64,000 nucleotides of DNA, taken from positions 31,682,001-31,746,000 of the forward strand of contig OZ024740.1 in NCBI GenBank assembly GCA_964016885.1, given 5' to 3'. This document shows, piece after piece, positions 49,801 to 64,000 of the stretch. Below the pieces are notes generated by a model. It saw only the letters and a program-made list of their open reading frames with translations, had not been told where the DNA came from and searched no databases. This DNA is from Eledone cirrhosa (Eukaryota). Position 1 is the first letter of the stretch. Every line of letters starts with the position of its first letter. Position numbers and translations under genes: made by a program.

Positions 49801-52270
49801 AACACTAGTGTACAGACACAGTTGACTATATATGATATCAGTACAATATATAATACTAATGTACAGACACAGTTGACTATATATGATATCAGTACAATAT
49901 ATAACACTAGTGAACAGACACAGTTGACTATATATGATATCAGTACAATATATAACACTAGTGTACAGACACAGTTGACTATAGATGATATCAGTACAAT
50001 ATATAACACTAGTGTACAGAGACAGTTGACTATATATGATATCAGTACAATATGTAACACTAGTGTACAGACACAGTTGACTATATATGATATCAGTACA
50101 ATATATAACACTAATGTACAGACACAGTTGACTATATATGATGTCAGTACAATATGTAACACTAGTGTACAGACACAGTTGACTATATATGATATCAGTA
50201 CAATTTATAACACTAATGTACAGACACTGTTGACTATATATGATATCAGTACAATATATAACACTAATGAACAGACACAGTTGACTATATATGATATCAG
50301 TACAATATATAACACTAATGTACAGACACAGTTGACTATATATGATATCAGTACAATATATAACACTAATGTGCAGACACAGTTGACTATATATGATATC
50401 AGTACAATATATAACACTAGTGTACAGATACAGTTGACTATATATGATATCAGTACAATATGTAACACTAGTGTACAGACACAATTTGACTATATATTAT
50501 ATCAGTACAATATGTAACACTGGTGTACAGACACAGTTGACTATATATGATATCAGTACAATATATAACACTAGTGTACAGAGACAGTTGACTATATATG
50601 ATATCAGTACAATATATAACACTAATGTACAGACACAGTTGACTATATATGATATCAGTACAATATATAACACTAGTGTACAGACACAGTGGACTATATA
50701 TGATATCAGTACAATATGTAACACTAGTGTACAGACACAGTTGACTATATATGATATCAGTACAATATATAACACTAATGTACAGACACATTTGACTATA
50801 TATGATATCAGTACAATATATAACACTAATGTACAGACACATTTGACTATATATGATATCAGTACAATATATAACACTAATGTACAGACACATTTGACTA
50901 TATATGATATCAGTACAATATATAACACTAGTGTACAGACACAGTTGACTATATATGATATCAGTACAATATATAATACTAATGTACAGACACAGTTGAC
51001 TATATATGATATCAGTACAATATATAACACTAGTGAACAGACACAGTTGACTATATATGATATCAGTACAATATATAACACTAGTGTACAGACACAGTTG
51101 ACTATAGATGATATCAGTACAATATATAACACTAGTGTACAGAGACAGTTGACTATATATGATATCAGTACAATATGTAACACTAGTGTACAGACACAGT
51201 TGACTATATATGATATCAGTACAATATATAACACTAATGTACAGACACAGTTGACTATATATGATATCAGTACAATATATAACACTAGTGAACAGACACA
51301 GTTGACTATATATGATATCAGTACAATATATAACACTAGTGTACAGACACAGTTGACTATATATGATATCAGTACAATATATAACACTAGTGAACAGACA
51401 CAGTTGACTATATATGATATCAGTACAATATATAACACTAGTGTACAGACACAGTTGACTATATATGATATCAGTACAATATATAACACTAGTGTACAGA
51501 CACAGTTGACTATATATGATATCAGTACAATATATAACACTAGTGTACAGACACAGTTGACTATATATGATATCAGTACAATATATATCACTAATGTACA
51601 GACACAGTTGACTATATATGATATCAGTACAATATATAACACTAGTGTACAGACACAGTTGACTATATATGATATCAGTACAATATGTAACACTAGTGTA
51701 CAGACACAGTTGATTATATATGATATCAGTACAATATATAACACTAGTGTACAGACACAGTTGACTATATATGATATCAGTACAACATGTAACACTAGTG
51801 TACAGACACAGTTGACTATATATGATATCAGTACAACATATAACACTAGTGTACAGACATAGTTGACTATATATGATATCAGTACAATATATAACACTAG
51901 TGTACAGACACAGTTGACTATATATGATATTAGTACAATATGTAACACTAGTGTACAGACAAAGTTGACTATATACGATATTAGTAAAATATATAACACT
52001 AGTGTACAGATACAGTTGACTATATATGATATCAGTACAATGTATAACACTAGTGTACAGACACAGTTGACTATATATGATATCAGTACAATATATAACA
52101 CTAGTGTACAGACACAGTTGACTATATATGATATTAGTACAATATATAACACTAGCGTACAGACACAGTTGACCATATATGATATCAGTACAATATATAA
52201 CACTAATGTACAGACACAGTTGACTATATATGATATCAGTACAATATATAACACTAATGTGCAGACACAG
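46780..52270. repeat. Nested duplications of 2,244 bp (44-mer) and 1,122 bp (22-mer); outer offset 3,367 bp
   Basis: ACAATTTAT at 46839, 49083, 50205; CTATAGATG at ~47735, 49980, 51103; triple CACATTTG runs at ~47420, 49665, 50787; GACATAG + TATACGAT cassette at ~48495 and 51862. Confidence 0.85.
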
Positions 52271-52999
52271 TTGACTATATATGATATCAGTACAATATGT
52301 AACACTAGTGTACAGACACAGTTGACTATATATGATATCAGTACAATATATAACACTAGTGTACAGACACAGTTGACTATATATGATATCAGTACAATAT
52401 ATAACACTAATGTACAGATACAGTTGACTATATCTGATATCAGTACAACATATAACACTAATGTACAGACACAGTTGACTATATATGATATCAGTACAAT
52501 ATGTAACACTAGTGTACAGACACAGTTGATTATATATGATATCAGTACAACATATAACACTAGTGTACAGACACAGTTGAGTATATATGATATCAGTACA
52601 ATATATAACACTAGTGTACAGACACAGTTGACTATATATGATATCAGTACAATATATAACACTAGTGTACAGACGCAGTTGACTATATATGATATCAGTA
52701 CAATATATAACACTAGTGTACAGACACAGTTGACTATATACGATATCAGTACAATATGTAACACTAGTGTACAGACACAGTTGACTATATATGATATCAG
52801 TACAATATATAACACTAATGTACAGACACAGTTGACTATATATGATATCAGTACAATATGTAACACTAGTGTACAGACACAGTTGACTATATATGATATC
52901 AGTACAATATGTAACACTAGTGTACAAACACAGTTGACTATATATGATATCAGTACAATATATAACACTAGTGTACAGACACAGTTGACTATATATGAT

Positions 53000-55900
53000 A
53001 TCAGTACGATATGTAACACTAGTGTAAAGACACAGTTGACTATATATGATATCAATACAATATATAACACTAGTGTACAGACACAGTTGACTATATATGA
53101 TATCAGTACAATATGTAACACTAGTGTACAGACACAGTTGACTACATATGATATCAGTACAATATATAACACTAATGTACAGACACAGTTGACTATATAT
53201 GATATCAGTACAATATATAACACTAGTGTACAGACACAGTTGACTATATATGATATCAGTACAATATATAACACTAGTGAACATACACAGTTGACTATAT
53301 ATGATATCAGTACAATATATAACACTAATGTACAGACACAGTTGACTATATATGATATCAGTACAATATATAACACTAGTGTACAGACACAGTTGACTAT
53401 ATATGATATCCGTACAATATATAACACTAGTGTACAGACACAGTTGACTATATATGATATCAGTACAATATGTAACACTAGTGTACAGACACAGTTGACT
53501 ATATATGATATCAGTACAATATATAACACTAATGTTCAGACACAGTTGACTATATATGATATCAGTACAATATATAACACTAGTGTACAGACACAGTTGA
53601 CTATATATGATATCAGTACAATATATAACACTAGTGTACAGACACAGTTGACTATATATGATATCAGTACAATATGTCACACTAGTGTACAGACACAGTT
53701 GGCCATATATGATATCAGTACAATATATAACACTAATGTACAGACACAGTTGACTATATATGATATCAGTACAATATATAACACTAGTGTACAGACACAG
53801 TTGACTATATATGAAATCAGTACAATATATAACACTAGTGTACAGACACAGTTGACTATATATGATATCAGTACAATATTTAACACTAGTGTACAGACAC
53901 AGTTGACTATATATGATATCAGTACAATATATAACACTAATGTAGAGACACAGTTGACTATATATGATATCAGTACAATATATAACACTAATATACAGAC
54001 ACAGTTGACTATATATGATATCAGTACAACATATAACACTAGTGTACAGACACAGTTGACTATATATGATATCAGTACCATATATAACACTAGTGTACAG
54101 ACACAGTTGACTATATATGATATCAGAAAATATGTAACACTAATGTACAGACACAGTTGACTATATATGATATTAGTAAAATATATAACACTAGTGTACA
54201 GACACAGTTGACTATATATGATATCAGTACAATATATAACACTAGTGTACAGACACAGTTGACTGTATATAATATTAGTACAATATATAACACTAGCGTA
54301 CAGAAACAGTTGACCATATATGATATCAGTACACTATATAACACTAGTGTACAGGCACAGTTGACTATATATGATATCAGTACAATATATAACACTAATG
54401 TACAGACACAGTTGACTATATATGATATCAGTACAACATATAACACTAATGTACAGACACAGTTGACTATATATGATATCAGTACACTATATAACACTAA
54501 TGTATAGACACAGTTGACTATATATGATATCAGTACAATATATTACACTAGTGTACAGATACAGTTGACTATATTTGATATCAGTACAATATATAACTCT
54601 AGTGAACAGACAGAGTTGACTATATATGATATCAGTACAATATATAACACTAGTGTACAGACACAGTTGACTATATATGATATTAGAACAATATGTAACA
54701 CTAGTGTACAGACGCAGTTGACTATATATTATATTAGTATAATATATAACACTAGTGTACAGACACAGTTGACTATATATGATATCGGTACAATATATAA
54801 CACTAGTGTACAGACACAGTTGACTATATATGATATTAGTACAATATGTAACACTAGTGTACAGATACAGTTGACTATAATGATATCAGTACAATATATA
54901 ACACTAATGTACAGACACAGTTGACTATATATGATATCAGTACAATATGTAACACTAGTGTACAGACACAGTTGAATATTTATGATATCACTACAATATG
55001 TAAAACTAGTGTACAGACACTGTTGACTATATATGATATCAGTACAATATGTAACACTAGTGTACAGACACAGTTGACTATATATGATATCAGTACAATA
55101 TATAACACTAGTGTACAGACACAGTTGACTATATACGATATCAGTACAATATGTAACACTAGTGTACAGACACAGTTGACTATATATGATATCAGTACAA
55201 TATGTAACACTAGTGTACAGACAGAGTTGACTATATATGATATCAGTACAATATATAACACTAATGTACAGACACAGTTGACTATATATGATATCAGTAC
55301 AATATATAACACTAGTGTACAGACACAGTTCACTATATATGATATCAGTACAATATATAACACTAGTGTACAGACACAGTTGACTATATATGATATCAGT
55401 ACAATATGTAACACTGGTGTACAGACACAGTTGACTATATATGATATCAGTACAATATATAACACTAATGTTCAGACACAGTTGACTATATATGATATCA
55501 GTACAATATATAACACTAGTGTACAGACAAAGTTGACTATATATGATATCAGTACAATATATAACACTAGTGTACAGACACAGTTGACTATATATGATAT
55601 CAGTACAATATGTAACACTAGTGTACAGACACAGTTGACCATATATGATATCAGTACAATATATAACACTAATGTACAGACACAGTTGACTATATATGAT
55701 ATCAGTACAATATATAACACTAGTGTACAGACACAGTTGACTATATATGATATCAGTACAATATATAACACTAATGTACAGACACAGTTGACTATATATG
55801 ATATCAGTACAATATATAACACTAATGTACAGACACAGTTGACTATATATGATATCAGTACAATATATAACACTAGTGTACAGACACAGTTGACTATATA

Positions 55901-58900
55901 TGATATCCGTACAATATATAACACTAATGTACAGACACAGTTGACTATATATGATATCAGTACAATATATAACACTAGTGTACAGACACAGTTGACTATA
56001 TATGATATCAGTAAAATATATAACACTAGTGTACAGACACAGTTGACTATATATGATATCAGTTGAATATATAACACTAATGTGCAGACACAGTTGACTA
56101 TATATGATATCAGTACAATATGTAACACTAGTGTACAGACACAGTTGACTATATATGATATCAGTACAATATATAACACTAATGTACAGACACAGTTGAC
56201 TATATATGATATCAGTACAATATGTAACACTAGTGTACAGACACAGTTGACTATATATGATATCAGTACAATATGTAACACTAGTGTACAAACACAGTTG
56301 ACTATATATGATATCAGTACAATATATAACACTAGTGTACAGACACAGTTGACTATATATGATATCAGTACAATAATGTACAGACACGGTTGACTATATA
56401 TGATATCAGTACAACATATAACACTAATGTACAGACACAGTTGACTATATATGATATCAGTACAATATGTAACACTAGCGTACAGAGACAGTTGAATATA
56501 TATGATATCACTACAATATGTAAAACTAGTGTACAGACACAGTTGACTATATATGATATCAGTACGATATGTAACACTAGTGTAAAGACACAGTTGACTA
56601 TATATGATATCAATACAATATATAACACTAGTGTACAGACACAGTTGACTATATATGATATCAGTACAATATGTAACACTAGTGTACAGACACAGTTGAC
56701 TACATATGATATCAGTACAATATATAACACTAATGTACAGACACAGTTGACTATATATGATATCCGTACAATATATAACACTAGTGTACAGACACAGTTG
56801 ACTATATATGATATCAGTACAATATGTAACACTAGTGTACAGACACAGTTGACTATATATGATATCAGTACAATATATAACACTAATGTTCAGACACAGT
56901 TCACTATATATGATATCAGTACAATATATAACACTAGTGTACAGACACAGTTGACTATATATGATATCAGTACAATATATAACACTAGTGTACAGACACA
57001 GTTGACTATATATGATATCAGTACAATATGTCACACTAGTGTACAGACACAGTTGGCCATATATGATATCAGTACAATATATAACACTAATGTACAGACA
57101 CAGTTGACTATATATGATATCAGTACAATATATAACACTAGTGTACAGACACAGTTGACTATATATGATATCAGTACAATATTTAACACTAGTGTACAGA
57201 CACAGTTGACTATATATGATATCAGTACAATATATAACACTAATGTAGAGACACAGTTGACTATATATGATATCAGTACAATATATAACACTAATATACA
57301 GACACAGTTGACTATATATGATATCAGTACAACATATAACACTAGTGTACAGACACAGTTGACTATATATGATATCAGTACCATATATAACACTAGTGTA
57401 CAGACACAGTTGACTATATATGATATCAGAAAATATGTAACACTAATGTACAGACACAGTTGACTATATATGATATTAGTAAAATATATAACACTAGTGT
57501 ACAGACACAGTTGACTATATATGATATCAGTACAATATATAACACAAGTGTACAGACACAGTTGACTGTATATAATATTAGTACAATATATAACACTAGC
57601 GTACAGAAACAGTTGACCATATATGATATCAGTACACTATATAACACTAGTGTACAGGCACAGTTGACTATATATGATATCAGTACAATATATAACACTA
57701 ATGTACAGACACAGTTGACTATATATGATATCAGTACAACATATAACACTAATGTACAGACACAGTTGACTATATATGATATCAGTACACTATATAACAC
57801 TAATGTACAGACACAGTTGACTATATATGATATCAGTACAATATATTACACTAGTGTACAGATACAGTTGACTATATTTGATATCAGTACAATATATAAC
57901 TCTAGTGAACAGACAGAGTTGACTATATATGATATCAGTACAATATATAACACTAGTGTACAGACACAGTTGACTATATATGATATTAGTACAATATGTA
58001 ACACTAGTGTACAGACACAGTTGACTATATATTATATTAGTATAATATATAACACTAGTGTACAGACACAGTTGACTATATATGATATCGGTACAATATA
58101 TAACACTAGTGTACAGACACAGTTGACTATATATGATATTAGTACAATATGTAACACTAGTGTACAGATACAGTTGACTATAATGATATCAGTACAATAT
58201 ATAACACTAATGTACAGACACAGTTGACTATATATGATATCAGTACAATATGTAACACTAGTGTACAGACACAGTTGAATATTTATGATATCACTACAAT
58301 ATCTAAAACTAGTGTACAGACACTGTTGACTATATATGATATCAGTACAATATGTAACACTAGTGTACAGACACAGTTGACTATATATGATATCAGTACA
58401 ATATATAACACTAGTGTACAGACACAGTTGACTATATACGATATCAGTACAATATGTAACACTAGTGTACAGACACAGTTGACTATATATGATATCATTA
58501 CAATATGTAACACTAGTGTACAGACACAGTTGACTATATATGATATCAGTACAATATATAACACTAGTGTACAGACACAGTTGACTATATATGATATCAG
58601 TACAATATGTAACACTAGTGTACAGACACAGTTGACCATATATGATATCAGTACAATATATAACACTAATGTACAGACACAGTTGACTATATATGATATC
58701 AGTACAATATATAACACTAGTGTACAGACACAGTTGACTATATATGATATCAGTACAATATATAACACTAATGTACAGACACAGTTGACTATATATGATA
58801 TCAGTACAATATATAACACTAATGTACAGACACAGTTGACTATATATGATATCAGTACAATATATAACACTAGTGTACAGACACAGTTGACTATATATGA

Positions 58901-61900
58901 TATCCGTACAATATATAACACTAATGTACAGACACAGTTGACTATATATGATATCAGTACAATATATAACACTAGTGTACAGACACAGTTGACTATATAT
59001 GATATCAGTAAAATATATAACACTAGTGTACAGACACAGTTGACTATATATGATATCAGTACAATATATAACACTAATGTGCAGACACAGTTGACTATAT
59101 ATGATATCAGTACATTATGTAACACTAGTGTACAGACACAGTTGACTATATATGATATCAGTACAATATATAACACTAATGTACAGACACTGTTGACTAT
59201 ATATGATATCAGTACAATATATAACACTAATGAACAGACACAGTTGACTATATATGATATCAGTACAATATATAACACTAATGTGCAGACACAGTTGACT
59301 ATATATGATATCAGTACAATATATAACACTAGTGTACAGATACAGTTGACTATATATGATATCAATATGATATGTAACACTAGTGTACAGACACAGTTGA
59401 CTATATATGATATCAGTACAATATGTAACACTAGTGTACAGACACAGTTGACTATATATGATATCAGTACAATATATAACACTAATGTACAGACACAGTT
59501 GACTATATATGATATCAGTACAATATATAACACTAGTGTACAGACACAGTTGACTATATATGATATCAGTACAATATGTAACACTAGTGTACAGACACAG
59601 TTGACTATGTATGATATCAGTACAATATATAACACTAATGTACAGACACATTTGACTATATATGATATCAGTACAATATATAACACTAGTGTACAGACAC
59701 AGTTGACTATATATGATATCAGTACAATATGTAACACTAGTGTACAGACACAGTTGACTATGTATGATATCAGTACAATATATAACACTAATGTACAGAC
59801 ACATTTGACTATATATGATATCAGTACAATATGTAACACTAGTGTACAGACACAGTTGACTATATATTATATCAGTACAACATATAACACTAGTGTACAG
59901 AAACAGTTGACTATATATATCAGTACAATATATAACACTAGTGAACAGACACAGTTGACTATATATGATATCAGTACAATATATAACACTAGTGTACAGA
60001 CACAGTTGACTATATATGATATCATTACAATATATAACACTAATGTACAGACACAGTTGACTATATATGATATCAGTACAATATATAACACTAGTGTACA
60101 GACACAGTTGACTATATATGATATCAGTACAATGTATAACACTAGTGTACAGACACATTTGACTATATATGATACCAGTACAACATATAATATTAGTGTA
60201 CAGACACACACTTGACTATATATGATATCAGTACAATATATAACACTAGTGAACAGACACAGTTGACTACATATGATATCAGTACAATATATAACACTAA
60301 TGTACAGAGACAGTTGACTATATATGATATCATTACAATATATAACACTAATGTACAGATACAGTTGACTATATATGATATCAGTACAATATATAACACT
60401 AGTGTACAGACATAGTTGACTATATATGATATCAGTACAATATATAACACTAGTGTACAGACACAGTTGACTATATATGATATTAGTACAATATGTAACA
60501 CTAGTGTACAGACAAAGTTGACTATATATGATATTAGTAAAATATATAACACTAGTGTACAGATACAGTTGACTATATATGATATCAGTACAATGTATAA
60601 CACTAGTGTACAGACACAGTTGACTATATATGATATCAGTACAATATATAACACTAGTGTACAGACACAGTTGACTATATATGATATTAGTACAATATAT
60701 AACACTAGCGTACAGACACAGTTGACCATATATGATATCAGTACAATATATAACACTAATGTACAGACACAGTTGACTATATATGATATCAGTACAATAT
60801 ATAACACTAATGTACAGACACAGTTGACTATATATGATATCAGTACAACATATAACACTAATGTACAGACACAGTTGACTATATATGATATCAGTACAAT
60901 ATATAACACTAATGTACAGACACAGTTGACTATATATGATATCAGTACAATATATTACACTAGTGTACAGATACAGTTGACTATATTTGATATCAGTACA
61001 ATATATAACACTAGTGAACAGACAGAGTTGACTATATATGATAGCAGTACAATATATAACACTAGTGTACAGACACAGTTGACTATATATGATATTAGTA
61101 CAATATGTAACACTAGTGTACAGACACAGTTGACTATATATTATAGTAGTATAATATATAACACTAGTGTACAGACACAGTTGACTATATATGATATCGG
61201 TACAATATATAACACTAGTGTACAGACACAGTTGACTATATATGATATTAGTACAATATGTAACACTAGGGTACAGATACAGTTGACTATATATATGATA
61301 TCAGTACAATATATAACACTAATGTACAGACACAGTTGACTATATATGATATCAGTACAATATGTAACACTAGTGTACAGACACAGTTGAATATTTATGA
61401 TATCACTACAATATGTAAAACTAGTGTACAGACACTGTTGACTATATATGATATCAGTACAATATGTAACACTAGTGTACAGACACAGTTGACTATATAT
61501 GATATCAGTACAATATATAACACTAGTGTACAGACACAGTTGACTATATACGATATCAGTACAATATGTAACACTAGTGTACAGACACAGTTGACTATAT
61601 ATGATATCAGTACAATATGTAACACTAGTGTACAGACACAGTTGACTATATATGATATCAGTACAATATATAACACTAATGTACAGACACAGTTGACTAT
61701 ATATGATATCAGTACAATATATAACACTAGTGTACAGACACAGTTGACTATATATGATATCAGTACAATATATAACACTAGTGTACAGACACAGTTGACT
61801 ATATATGATATCCGTACAATATATAACACTAGTGTACAGACACAGTTGACTATATATGATATCAGTACAATATGTAACACTAGTGTACAGACACAGTTGA

Positions 61901-64000
61901 CTATATATGATATCAGTACAATATATAACACTAATGTTCAGACACAGTTGACTATATATGATATCAGTACAATATATAACACTAGTGTACAGACAAAGTT
62001 GACTATATATGATATCAGTACAATATATAACACTAGTGTACAGACACAGTTGACTATATATGATATCAGTACAATATGTAACACTAGTGTACAGACACAG
62101 TTGACCATATATGATATCAGTACAATATATAACACTAATGTACAGACACAGTTGACTATATATGATATCAGTACAATATATAACACTAGTGTACAGACAC
62201 AGTTGACTATATATGATATCAGTACAATATATAACACTAATGTACAGACACAGTTGACTATATATGATATCAGTACAATATATAACACTAATGTGCAGAC
62301 ACAGTTGACTATATATGATATCAGTACAATATGTAACACTAGTGTACAGACACAGTTGACTATATATGATATCAGTACAATATATAACACTAATGTACAG
62401 ACACTGTTGACTATATATGATATCAGTACAATATATAACACTAATGAACAGACACAGTTGACTATATATGATATCAGTACAATATATAACACTAATGTAC
62501 AGACACAGTTGACTATATATGATATCAGTACAATATATAACACTAGTGTACAGATACAGTTGACTATATATGATATCAGTACAATATGTAACACTAGTGT
62601 ACAGACACAGTTGACTATATATGATATCAGTACAATATGTAACACTAGTGTACAGACACAGTTGACTATATATGATATCAGTACAATATATAACACTAAC
62701 GTACAGACACAGTTGACTATATATGATATCAGTACAATATATAACACTAGTGTACAGACACAGTTGACTATATATGATATCAGTACAATATGTAACACTA
62801 GTGTACAGACACAGTTGACTATGTATGATATCAGTACAATATATAACACTAATGTACAGACACATTTGACTATATATGATATCAGTACAATATATAACAC
62901 TAGTGTACAGACACAGTTGACTATATATGATATCAGTACAATATATAACACTAATGTACAGACACAGTTGACTATATATGATATCAGTACAATATATAAC
63001 ACTAATGTGCAGACACAGTTGACTATATATGATATCAGTACAATATGTAACACTAGTGTACAGACACAGTTGACTATATATGATATCAGTACAATATATA
63101 ACACTAATGTACAGACACTGTTGACTATATATGATATCAGTACAATATATAACACTAATGAACAGACACAGTTGACTATATATGATATCAGTACAATATA
63201 TAACACTAATGTGCAGACACAGTTGACTATATATGATATCAGTACAATATATAACACTAGTGTACAGATACAGTTGACTATATATGATATCAGTATGATA
63301 TGTAACACTAGTGTACAGACACAGTTGACTATATATGATATCAGTACAATATGTAACACTAGTGTACAGACACAGTTGACTATATATGATATCAGTACAA
63401 TATATAACACTAATGTACAGACACAGTTGACTATATATGATATCAGTACAATATATAACACTAGTGTACAGACACAGTTGACTATATATGATATCAGTAC
63501 AATATGTAACACTAGTGTACAGACACAGTTGACTATGTATGATATCAGTACAATATATAACACTAATGTACAGACACATTTGACTATATATGATATCAGT
63601 ACAATATATAACACTAGTGTACAGACACAGTTGACTATATATGATATCAGTACAATATGTAACACTAGTGTACAGACACAGTTGACTATGTATGATATCA
63701 GTACGATATATAACACTAATGTACAGACACATTTGACTATATATGATATCAGTACAATATGTAACACTAGTGTACAGACACAGTTGACTATATATGATAT
63801 CAGTACAACATATAACACTAGTGTACAGAAACAGTTGACTATATATATCAGTACAATATATAACACTAGTGAACAGACACAGTTGACTATATATGATATC
63901 AGTACAATATATAACACTAGTGTACAGACACAGTTGACTATATATGATATCAGTACAATATATAACACTAATGTACAGACACAGTTGACTATATATGATA
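53000..64000. repeat. Domain 4: about three diverging copies of a 3.1-3.9-kb higher-order repeat related to domain 2
   Basis: TGTCACAC + TTGGCC at ~53677 and 57031; CAGAAAATATG at ~54125 and 57428 (3303 bp); TATTTGAT and GAATATTTAT in three copies (~54575/54975, 57876/58278, 60985/61390); 3-bp-deleted monomer at ~59915 and 63843 (3928 bp); local 714-bp (14-mer) repeat at ~62401/63115. Confidence 0.8.

Larger units (their letters stand above)
1..64000. repeat. 51-bp tandem satellite array, ~1,250 monomers, single orientation, truncated by both window ends
   Basis: Consensus GTGTACAGACACAGTTGACTATATATGATATCAGTACAATATATAACACTA (positions 1-51; 21A/15T/7G/8C) repeats continuously. Most copies differ from consensus by 0-3 substitutions, and I counted roughly 50 small indels by eye. 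Every ORF in the track is a 17-aa periodic translation of this unit. Confidence 0.99.

Noticed and set aside
630-63710. CpG-containing variants (ATCGGT, AGCGT, TACGA, GACGC) as relics of methylation-driven decay
   Set aside because: The consensus lacks CpG, but with ~1,250 copies most single transitions are expected somewhere, and the direction of change cannot be polarised without an outgroup.
15-63968. All ORFs in the six-frame track as protein-coding genes
   Set aside because: They are pure 17-aa periodic translations that overlap on both strands, begin and end at sporadic indels or point stops, and have no non-repetitive domain. This is expected from a stop-free 51-bp unit.
1-64000. CRISPR array or other repeat-spacer system
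   Set aside because: There are no unique spacers: all 51 positions are conserved between units, and no cas gene or leader is present in the window.
1-64000. Transposon, Helitron/MITE or viral insertion, or inversion within the array
   Set aside because: I saw no non-satellite sequence, terminal repeat, target-site duplication or strand switch. Whether the array grew from an element's internal repeat cannot be judged without the flanks.
1-64000. Telomeric repeat, rDNA spacer, tRNA/5S array, or assignment to a named satellite family or organism
   Set aside because: There is no G-rich telomere motif or recognisable RNA gene, and I do not recognise the monomer. A Dfam/Repbase/nt search would be needed.

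Overview
The whole 64-kb window is one uninterrupted head-to-tail tandem array (satellite/minisatellite DNA) of a 51-bp, ~29% GC monomer, consensus GTGTACAGACACAGTTGACTATATATGATATCAGTACAATATATAACACTA, about 1,250 copies, running off both ends. I see no unique sequence, inversion, transposon, RNA gene, CRISPR spacer or credible protein-coding gene. The many long ORFs arise because 51 bp = 17 codons and three of six frames of the consensus have no stop. The informative signal lies in the variants. Rare substitutions and indels recur in fixed order and define nested higher-order repeats (about 0.7, 0.9, 1.1, 2.2, 3.06, 3.2-3.4, 3.9 and 4.2-4.4 kb), regional variant layers, and cassettes that reappear 23-41 kb apart. 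The monomer itself shows a degenerate ~18-bp internal duplication and several dyads. A eukaryotic heterochromatic origin is my inference; organism and family cannot be determined by eye. I cannot support a new gene system here. All periods were read manually from marker variants and the ORF track and should be confirmed computationally.
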